Source: Octopus sinensis (taxonomy: Eukaryota). Taken from it: a DNA stretch of 64,000 nucleotides. Location of the stretch: NCBI RefSeq assembly GCF_006345805.1, contig NC_042999.1, positions 173,166,001 through 173,230,000 on the forward strand, in the 5' to 3' direction. Made by a program: the position numbers and the translations under genes. Every line of letters begins with the position of its first letter. The first letter of the stretch is position 1. The notes below the pieces were generated by a model. The model made no database searches, was not told the origin of the DNA, and saw only the letters and a program-made list of their open reading frames with translations. Below, one piece after another: positions 24,801-36,854 of this stretch.

Positions 24801-25282
24801 TCATGAGGCAAAACTATTCACTCTATAACACAATCCGACGGTCAGAAGCATGTCAATAACCCCACTCATAATAACAATAATGATAAAGGATGAGGAAGGA
24901 TATAAATATATATATTGCTATTTCTAAATTCGGTATGTGGTAAGGCAATTCGTTGCTAAACCCTTTATTGCTTAGTATTACTTAAATTTTCCTCGAATGA
25001 GGCTTTTACATGCCGAAGACTACTTGGTGTAATTGATAATTATTCCAAATTAATTAATTTCACCCTTCATTATTACGGATAACCATATTTTATCTCAGTA
25101 GATGACCACAGCATCTTGTTTTGGCTACACGCGGGTGGGAAGGGGCTGGTGACACAATCTTTTCATTCAAACATTGAATTTGGTGATACTAGTTGCGGAT
25201 TCTAGCTCGCTCTGATACTGAGTTGAGTTGGTGCCTTCTAGTATCTCAAAATTCAATATATAATCATTTATGATTATAGTAT

Positions 25283-25382
25283 TCTACGCTGAAGAGAAAA
25301 GAAGTTTTGGTGAGATAGAATTATTTAATATTTAATTCTTATGCTTTCCTAAAAACTTGATTTCGAAACGTACGTCCGTAGA
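25283..25382 (+). ncRNA. Type I hammerhead ribozyme, copy 1; predicted cleavage after C25376
   Basis: TCTACG-CTGAAGA-GAAA[long hairpin]TTTC-GAAAC-GTAC-GTC-CGTAGA: all core nucleotides, 6-bp stem I, GTC triplet. Confidence 0.88.
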
Positions 25383-25875
25383 TAACTTAAAATTGTATGA
25401 TAGATTGCCGTCAATTCATTCTCTCTTACCTGTTTGTGTCTGCCTTCCAATTGCTGTTTTTACTGAGATCTCCCTTTTTAGTAGAAGAAATAGCTATAAC
25501 TCTTTGACTGCTATTTCTAAATTCGGTATGTGGTAAGGCAATTCGTTGCTAAACCCTTTATTGCTTAGTATTACTTAAATTTTCCTCGAATGAGGCTTTT
25601 ACATGCCGAAGACTACTTGGTGTAATTGATAATTATTCCAAATTAATTAATTTCACCCTTCATTATTACGGATAACCATATTTTATCTCAGTAGATGACC
25701 ACAGCATCTTGTTTTGGCTACACGCGGGTGGGAAGGGGCTGGTGACACAATCTTTTCATTCAAACATTGAATTTGGTGATACTAGTTGCGGATTCTAGCT
25801 CGCTCTGATACTGAGTTGAGTTGGTGCCTTCTAGTATCTCAAAATTCAATATATAATCATTTATGATTATAGTAT

Positions 25876-25975
25876 TCTACGCTGAAGAGAAAAGAAGTTT
25901 TGGTGAGATAGAATTATTTAATATTTAATTCTTATGCTTTCCTAAAAACTTGATTTCGAAACGTACGTCCGTAGA
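25876..25975 (+). ncRNA. Type I hammerhead ribozyme, copy 2; predicted cleavage after C25969
   Basis: Same sequence as copy 1 at +593. Confidence 0.88.
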
Positions 25976-26211
25976 TAACTTAAAATTGTATGATAGATTG
26001 CCGTCAATTCATTCTCTCTTACCTGTTTGTGTCTGCCTTCCAATTGCTGTTTTTACTGAGATCTCCCTTTTTAGTAGAAGAAATAGCTATAACTCTTTGA
26101 CTGCTATTTCTAAATTCGGTATGTGGTAAGGCAATTCGTTGCTAAACCCTTTATTGCTTAGTATATATATATATACATATATACAGAGGGAGAGGGGGGA
26201 GTAAGACATTT

Positions 26212-28022
<1,811 letters not shown>

Positions 28023-28095
28023 ACTCTCTCTCTATTTATCTATCCTTTCCTCATCCTTAATTATTATTTTTCTCCTCTTTCTTGATTGTTCTGAA

Positions 28096-29447
28096 GGGAG
28101 ACGGACAATTCGTCGACAGACAGTTAGCCGCCAGATAACAGACAGGACAATTGACCGATTGGATAATTTGCCGAAAGGACAATATGTCAGCATTTAAAAA
28201 CAAATAATAAAAATTACGAAAATGTTTTATTAGACTTACAAAAACAATTATGGTCACATGCCCTTAGAACTTCCAACCAAGCTTCATAGTCGTAATTATG
28301 AACAATGATTTTAAGTCTTTCATTAAGACGAATGTACTTTTTGCTTTTCCTTGTCACTTCAACCGCTGATATGGCCTGTTCTATTACCATTTCGGTGTGT
28401 ATCTGTTCTACCCCAAACTTCTCTCAATTAATTTGGATAAATTAGGCTGATGAGCGTTAACTCCTCTATTGAAGGCATGGTACCACCGTTCAAGAGAATT
28501 GTTGGTTTTCGGGAGATCATTGAGAACTCTGTTTCTGCATAACCATAAAGAAATGTCGTATAGTGGTCGTCGACGTCTACCACGTTGTATGATTCCTACC
28601 CAAGTACATTCAAATTAAGACAGGAATTCCTCCAAGATTTCATCAGTTTGCGTACTTAAAGAATAAAGTAATTTCTCAAAATAGCTACATCATTAGCTGG
28701 TACGAAAGCTAACGCTTGCAGATGTTTTATAATAAATGCATTTTCTCCTTCGGTATACCACATTTGTAAACCTGTAGCCTGTACCTTGCACCATAAATGC
28801 TGTCCGAAAAGTAAAAAAAAAACATACAAACACAGAAACAGTCAGACGTTTCGTCACAAAACCATTCACTTTTCATGGATAAAATTTCTAAATTTTTCAC
28901 ACTACCAAATATAGAAGCCTCTTCATTTCTATATAGTAAAAGAATTATCACCTGTTGGCGTTTTATACAATTCATTCTCATTAATAACTGGCCTTTTCCC
29001 TCGCACTGAAGGTTTAAATGATTTTCGGTAAATATCCAGCAACGCTGAACGGGCTATTGGAAATTAAGTTTTCAACTATAGAACCCGGCAATTGTTCAGC
29101 TCATCCAGCAAGAAGCTTTATTTCTTCCTTAACTTTTGCAGCATTAATTTCAATCGGCATGGGTGGATATACGTGTTCAGAAGGAGTTGTGCTAATTTCC
29201 TCATCAATCGTCGTCAGTCTAGCACTGCACAGTTTACAATTTGCGCATCTCCAATTAGTCTTTTCTTTTCTGGTTCTATCAGTAATATAAAGAATTACTC
29301 TTTGTAAAGAAGCTTTTTGTCTGATCGTTCCATTTTGATGAACTTGATGATCGATGCTTTCGCATGCCGACTTGTTGTCCAATCAGCCAATTGTCCAATC
29401 GGCGAATTGTCTCTCGAAGAATTGTCTGCACGCGGTTCTGAAACCCC
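28096..29447 (-). mobile_element. Mutator-like (MULE) DNA transposon remnant with repeat-built terminal inverted repeats
   Basis: FLYWCH-like WRCANCKLCSARLTT...H in ORF 29101-29382; LPKTNNSLERWYHAFN near 28480-28520; GGACAATTCG.CGA-type repeats inverted at both ends. Confidence 0.7.
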
Positions 29448-29779
29448 TCTCTCTATCTATTTCCCCTTCTTCTTTGCTTTTCTTTCTCCCCCCCCCCCCC
29501 GTTTTGCCAAAAACACAAAAACAATATTCTCTTCTTCTAAACAAAACAAAAACACATATAAATAAACAACGAAACGTTCTGCTTTTACCATTTTTATTCT
29601 GATTTTGTCTTGAGTTTAAAAACCAAACGAAAGTGCTAATAAAGGATTATCCATTCTGGCTGCCTCTTTTTTCTCAATATATAATATCTGAACACCACTT
29701 CAAACATTCTATACACATACATGACAGAAGTAAATAGACACGCCATAAAACATCGTTTTACATTTATTCTAAATTGTAA

Positions 29780-30415
29780 ATGTTTATATTGAATCATGCC
29801 ATGCACAACAGAAACCTTGGAATTGTCTTTTTGGGACACTGTCATATTTTCTGAGTTCAGATTTGCTGTATTTCCTGGCAGTGGTCGAGTGTGGGTCTGG
29901 AGACACTGTTATCAAGAATTTGATGTGAAAATATTGCAGCGAACAATTCATTCTATGATGGTCTGGGGAGCAATTTAGAGTAATGGTTGATCAGAGCTGG
30001 TGGAATGTCAGGGAAACATAAACTCAGATACATTTGTCCATATTGCAGAAAAGACTCATTCCAATCTTCTCCAGGGGTGAAATAATTAAAGAAGACTCTT
30101 GATCTATGGAAGATGGTGGCTCCTTGTCACACGGCTAAATGACCCAAGATTTATTGGTGGAGAAAGGGATTAAAAAGCTTTTATGGCGAAGCCAGTCAAC
30201 AGAAATGAAAACCTCTGGGACACGAGGGACAGAACAGTTCATAAAAGGAACAAGAAAGCATCTCCAAAGCCAGTTCTTTTGAGATTACTGTATGAAACTT
30301 GGCAAAAAAGTCTGCAAGAGAAAACTCGTCATCTGATCAGTAACATGCCTACTAGGGTCCTTGCATTGAAAAATTCTGGGTGCATTTCTATTAAATGTCA
30401 ACTAGTAACATTATA
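29780..30415 (+). mobile_element. Tc1/mariner transposase fragment
   Basis: WDTVIFSE, RVWVWR, MVWGAI, a degenerate QDGAPCH-like motif and NENLW. Confidence 0.7.
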
Positions 30416-30568
30416 ACAAATAATAATTTGAATGTTTTATTTCAGATTTAAATAAATTTTGATGGTTATAAGTGTGTCTATTTACTTCTGAAATGTAAGT
30501 GCACATACATACACACCCATACACACACACACACACACACACGCACACACACACACATATATATATAT

Positions 30569-30631
<63 letters not shown>

Positions 30632-31304
30632 AATTGCTAATAAGCCACCCACATTATATATATACATATATGTGTGTGTATGTGTGTGTGTGTGTATTGT
30701 GGGTGTATATATATATATATACGTATGTATGTATTTGGGCAAAGCCATTCGCCGTAAGTCATGGACATTCTTCGTAATCATATGACGGAAAGAAATCAGC
30801 GAGAGATGAATGTTAAACAGCTAAAGAATGCAATATACAATCAAAATGTGTCAAGTCAATAACTTCTACAGGAACAAACATTAAACTGAAAACTAATGCA
30901 ATAAGTAGAACCAGTTGATTGATCTGTTTTGGTCAGAGGTATTTGTGACCCAATGTTTATCTTCATTGACATTATTGTAAAAGGATACGTGTGGTGGGGC
31001 ATTTGATTCTTTCATCAACTGTGAAAGCCTGACGCGTATTCAGTTCTTTAATAATTCACACTTTTAAAATATGACGTTGAAAATGTGTTTGTGTCGTTGG
31101 AGTGTAGCGGACTGAGTACATAGCGACAGCAATTTCAAAATATGACAGGCGCATAGTTCACTTAGTCTTATTTGATGAATAAGTAAGTGGAACCAGTCGA
31201 CATTTGAAGTTAAAACATAGTGAGAGAAAATCACATGCGAAAAATGCAATCATGTTGTTCTAATCCACAATGATATCCACAAGAAAAACCAGAGTACCAG
31301 AGAA

Positions 31305-31359
31305 AATTACTACTACTACTACTACTACATGTAGCAGCAGCAACAGCAGCAGCATCACT

Positions 31360-31429
<70 letters not shown>

Positions 31430-31490
31430 ATAGTAGCTATTGTTACTGTAGTAATTATTGTTACTGTTGTACTGATGTTAATGCAGTCCA
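31305..31490. repeat. Compound (TAC)n/(CAG)n/(TAG)n trinucleotide repeat
   Basis: Directly visible; source of the poly-Ser ORF 31270-31494. Confidence 0.92.
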
Positions 31491-31673
31491 GTAACTATTA
31501 TTGCCTTTACAAAGTTTAACTTTAGTGCATTCTCGTAAATTATAGGTGAAGATATTAGTTTCAATATCCACCATTATATGAATACTGCTTTTGTTATTAA
31601 CCACCGAAACATTAAAAGCCGAGGCCGAGAAAGGAATCAAATTATAACTATGTGCCTAGGTAGATAGACAGAC

Positions 31674-31825
<152 letters not shown>

Positions 31826-31839
31826 CGATAGATAGATTG

Positions 31840-31870
<31 letters not shown>

Positions 31871-31952
31871 GATATTAAAGATTTTTATAAATATGTGTGT
31901 GCATATATATTTCTATCAATGTGTTGTGTATTTTTTGTGCAGAATGTGATAA

Positions 31953-32428
31953 TACTATAATCACGCACCATATCGTGGTTCACCTATCGCGGCCTCAGTA
32001 CACCGCAGATTTTTCTGGCTAATATATTTAAATTTATATCGCGGGTTTCTGCGGCCGATAGGTATTTATATCTCTTAGATTTTAATTATTTCTCTAGTAA
32101 AATAAGCATTTTCACGCCTGAAAATTATTAAATTAATAAATAAAAACACAGGACAGTACAGCACTGTATAACACATAATTTGAAATATATCAAACGAAAA
32201 TACGTAGTGTACCGTAGATGAGTAAACAAAGAATCGCACTTAATGTATGAAAAACGAAACTCGGGAGACGTGTGTGTAGTGTTGTTTTGCATTTATAATA
32301 AAATAAATAAATACAAATTATAGAAAAAATATTAAAATTATACAGCCCGATTTCTACTTTGCGTATTTTTACCTATAGCGGAAAGGGGTTTGGAACGTAA
32401 TACCCACGATAGTCGAGGGATTTCTGTA
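31953..32428. mobile_element. Tigger/pogo-like MITE
   Basis: Right end reverse complement TACAGAAATCCCTCGACTATCGTGG; left end TACTATAATCACGCACCATATCGTGG; TA at both termini. Confidence 0.65.
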
Positions 32429-32838
32429 TATTATTCGCATATGAAGTAAGGAAATGATATACATTAAGCTATGAAACAAGAAAGAAATATTAGAGCGGCT
32501 TGAGAAATTAAACAGTTTCTCGGATTTGTTTTCATTTGTTAATTTACATTCTAACAGTTCTTGTTTTGGTAGGTAAGGTATTTTATCATACTTTTCTATA
32601 GAATTCCTTCTTTGTACGCAGTACCCAATATATTCTTTGCTTCCCATTTCTTTCTTCAAGTAAACTAGTTCATCTCATTTAAATTTTGCTTCACTTTCCA
32701 TTCTCATATATTGTAGCTTCAGTTTATGTTCTATAAACTTTGCGCAAAGTTTCTATGTAGGCTTCCCATCAGCTGAGATTTGTTAAATTTTCTTCTGTCT
32801 CCTTCTTCTTCTTCTTCTTCTTCTTCTTCTTCTTCTTC

Positions 32839-32882
<44 letters not shown>

Positions 32883-33559
32883 GAGTGTGAGAGCATGCAT
32901 GCCATCGAAGTGATACTGGGGTAAAATATATGAAGTCCAGTATACCCATCATGACTACCCGTCTCATAGGGTTACATCAGACACATGCATCACAACCATA
33001 TGTGCGCGACATAGTGATCTGATATCAAGATAAGCAGCGCATGATCTTCCAGGTGGGGCCCAGTTAGATTCGGAAGTAGGGGTTAATCGTTCTCTTATGA
33101 TTTTATTCCATCTAAATGCTACAATGGGCAACTGAGTATATTTATTTGAAACGAAGACATTTGTCCGCAACATGCTTGTAACTTGCATATAAAACTTTTG
33201 AACTGCCAGAAAAATTTCGGTGCCAGTTAATCACTAAAGGAATTCTGTCACATATTTTAATTTCTTAGCTAAAATTATGCGTGAATGTTTGACTTTCCTT
33301 GCTAATCTTAGCTACGTCATATGCAATTTCCTTTAAATGTGATTCACTATAAACGCGTTTGACTTACTAGTGTACAAAAGCAACAGCATGTTTCCAGTAA
33401 TCACCTATATCAGTACAAATCTGTATTATCCTCAAAAATTGACATTACCGATTTGACCGAATTATATGATGGGCATGATCAGAGCGGCGGTGGAGGTAAA
33501 TATGGGATGACGAGGGTTTGCAAAATAACTCTGTCACTATTCTGCCTCCAGAAGACCTA

Positions 33560-34315
33560 ACTTTTGTGTCGAAAAATTCTACGCTTGATATCCCTGGCAT
33601 ACAATTTCAGATCGTCAATGAATAACAAAACATTCACCTTTTCCCCTTTTTCTAGGATTATCCAGCATTTACAACTCTTGAATACTGACGTTAATGGGAT
33701 GAGCGCCGACACAAATAACAATGAGGACAGACTATCTCCTTGGAAGCTGCACGCTTAAATTGGATATTATATATATGTCCTCTTCCTGCGATTAAGTTTG
33801 TATTTTAGGGCTACATTGAACAACTGATGAAAGTTCTCATGCTTTCAGCAACTTTGAACACCTTTCAAGAACTTCCATATCAAACATTGATGCACCGTAT
33901 CAATTGACTTCTTATAATATATCCACACCATAGCTAGATTTGGCTGCCTTCTCCTGCAATTTTTGACAAACATTTTATCAATTACAAACTTGTTCTTGAT
34001 ACCGTTACGCATTCTTCTGCATCTCATCTGCTCCTCCCGTAGTAAATCATTCTTCTCAAGATGTTCTTAAAACTCCTCCGATAGCATGCCCGTTAATAAT
34101 TTGCACATCAGCGGAAGACAGGTAATGGGTCTGAAATTTGATACCTCATTTCGCTTTGCCTGATCTTTTAAAATTAATGTCGTCTTTCTTCTATCAACTA
34201 TTTCAATATGCTGCCTCTCTCAATCGCTTCATTTAATAATGCAGCGAGTATTGATCTGATTGACTTGATATTCTTCAGCCAGTAGCCTTGAACCCCGTCG
34301 GGTCCTGGCGCTTTT
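33560..34315 (-). mobile_element. R4/Dong-type RT fragment
   Basis: [47 protein letters not shown] across disrupted frames; bounded by (ATT)n. Confidence 0.8.
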
Positions 34316-34332
34316 CATTATTATTATTATTA

Positions 34333-34405
<73 letters not shown>

Positions 34406-34430
34406 TATTATTATCATCATCATTATTATT

Positions 34431-34605
34431 AAGGCGGCGAGCTGCCATAATAGTTAGTACGCGGACAGAATACTCCGGTATTTCGCTCGTCGCTACATTC
34501 TGAGTTCAAATTCCGCCGAAGTCGACTTTGCCTTTCATCCTTTCGGAGTTCATAAACTAATTGCCACTTGAACACTGGAATCGATGTAATCGACTTAATA
34601 CCTCC
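34431..34605 (+). mobile_element. tRNA-derived SINE (third family) within (ATT)n
   Basis: AAGGCGGCGAGCTG...GAGTTCAAATTCC (B box)...GTCGACTTTGCCTTTCATCC; second, internally deleted copy at 35311-35478. Confidence 0.8.
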
Positions 34606-34621
34606 CCCAAATTTATTATTA

Positions 34622-34685
34622 TTTTTTTTTCTTCTTTCAAATTTGCTTCCATTTCTTGCCGAGTGTCTTCCCGACTCCCAGGGCA
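34622..34685 (-). mobile_element. Extreme 3' end of the R4/Dong family seen at 4257-4700
   Basis: Reverse complement matches 4638-4698; (ATT)n on both sides. Confidence 0.8.
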
Positions 34686-34698
34686 AATATTATTATTA

Positions 34699-34812
<114 letters not shown>

Positions 34813-34829
34813 CAATGTTATTATTATTA

Positions 34830-35230
34830 TATGTTTGACTTTTGCTTTGTATTTGTAAATGTTGGCTCCAAGTCTCATCCACAGACCTCATGAGACAACA
34901 AGTTAGATGTTCATGTTGGTGTTATGCCTAGGTATCATATATTTGGTTTTGTATATAGTACTGTTCTAGAAACTGTTTTATAATCTGCAGTTACTTGGTA
35001 TGTTTTTGGTGATTTCTGGTGGGAAGGTTTTAATCTTGTGCTGCAATTAAAATTCCTTTAATCTCTGCTTTGAGTCTTGAGCTTGTCATCCATTTTTGGA
35101 ATTTTGTTTTGTCTATTGTTTTTTTTTTCTGTTTAGCTCAACTCAATATTTGTCATGTAGGGGCTTTTCTTGCCATCGTTTTATCATGATACATTGCTGT
35201 TCCATGTTTAGCTTGGATTTCAGTTGCTTT
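34830..35230 (-). mobile_element. R4/Dong fragment with the 3' UTR of the family seen at 4713-6556
   Basis: Reverse complement of 34830-34940 matches 6440-6556; RWQEKPLH motif in ORF 35143-35364. Confidence 0.75.
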
Positions 35231-35310
35231 ACAGTTTTTGTTGTTTCTTCTTTTGTATGATGATGATGATGATCATCATCATCATCATTATTAATTTCAT
35301 TGATATTATT

Positions 35311-35476
35311 AAGGCAGCGAGCTGGCAGAATCGTTAGCACCGTGGGGAAAATGCTTTGCAGCATTTCATCTGTCTTTACGCCGGGATCGAAAGAATAAAT
35401 ACTAGTTGAGTACTAGGGTCGATGCAATAGTTTTATCCCCTCCCCGACCTTGCTGACCTTGTGACAAAATTTTAAA

Positions 35477-35478
<2 letters not shown>
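35311..35478 (+). mobile_element. SINE, same family as 34431-34605, internally deleted
   Basis: AAGGCAGCGAGCTGGCAGAATCGTTAGCAC head; ATT tail. Confidence 0.7.
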
Positions 35479-35549
<71 letters not shown>

Positions 35550-35559
35550 CATGCAGCAG

Positions 35560-36640
35560 TCTTATTTTTCTCACATGCTTTCTCTGAACAACGGAGTACA
35601 GTTCCTACGTTCTGGTTTTTTGTTCCACAGTCATAGCATAGCATCTATTGTATGTGGGTCTCACATCTGTTATGTCTGTGGATATATTCCTTCTTAGCTA
35701 GCATTGGGCAGTCAGCGACAATATGATTTATTGTTTCTACCCCATCAGCACATATTCTGAAATTATTTGTATTTTTCTATATTGTGATTCTGGTAGTCTC
35801 TGGGGTGGAGGAGGCTTTGATATTCTGCTGCGATTAAAAATCCTTCAACCCCAGTTTTGAGTTCTGAGCTTCTCATCCATTGTTGGAATTTCACTTTGTC
35901 TATTTTTCTTTATTTACCATGTAAGAGGTTTTCGTGCCATCGTTTTATCATGGTATTTTGTTGTTCCAGTTTTAGTTTAGATTTCAGTTTTATTTTGATA
36001 GGGCATGCTGGCAAGTGACAGATATCCACAGCCACCAGAGTAAGGTGACACTTGTTCACTGAACATACTTCAAGAGCCCTGCAGTGAACTCTTGCAGCTC
36101 CATGCAATGAGGATTTTTGTGGGTATTCTATTTTTACGTTTGTTCCAATCGTTTTGAGCCACGTTTGTAGATGGATATTAATACATCCAAGTGCACCAAT
36201 CACTACTGCTATCGTCTACAACATGCGTATTTCTCACTTCAATTCATCATAATGCTTCACTTTTTCTTCTTTCTTTCCTATCCTTTTGTCACAAGGACAT
36301 GGTATGTCAATTATCAGGCATGTCTTTTTTCTTTTCTATTCACCACAACGATGTCAGGATTCCGATATTTTCAGCATTTAGTAACAACGTGCCATAGTGT
36401 TTCACCCTCTCACCACACATCTTGCATTCATCGCTCTCAATTTTATCAATTCTGAACTTCACAATGCTTCTTCTTGTATTGCGCATATAAGTGCTTCTCT
36501 TTCTATATTCAAGTCACATTTCCACATCCATAACCATCGGTCTTCTGTATCTGTTTTGGAGCTTGTATCTCTTGTAAACAGACTGTGCATTTTTTCCTTC
36601 CCACAAAAATATCAGTCCCTGTGCCAACAGCAGAAAAGAT
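35560..36640 (-). mobile_element. Scrambled R4/Dong fragments (CCHC and RLE regions)
   Basis: MCRICADG..TIKHIVADC finger, KTCLIIDIPCPCD, MIGALG motifs. Confidence 0.65.
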
Positions 36641-36678
36641 TATTATTATTGTTATTCATTATTACAATCATTATTATT

Positions 36679-36710
<32 letters not shown>

Positions 36711-36744
36711 CATTATTATTATATTATTATTATTATTATTATTA

Positions 36745-36775
<31 letters not shown>

Positions 36776-36794
36776 GTTGTTACCATCATCATCA

Positions 36795-36854
<60 letters not shown>

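Larger units (their letters stand above)
24916..26163 (+). mobile_element. Retrozyme-like tandem array, about 2.1 copies of a 593-bp non-coding unit with one intact-looking hammerhead per unit
   Basis: GCTATTTCTAAATTCGG at 24917, 25510 and 26103 (period 593); copies identical by eye; (TA)n on both flanks. Confidence 0.85.

Noticed and set aside
24916-26163. CRISPR-like or satellite interpretation of the 593-bp array
   Set aside because: No repeat-spacer structure; only ~2 units, each with a ribozyme, which fits a retrozyme or PLE repeat better
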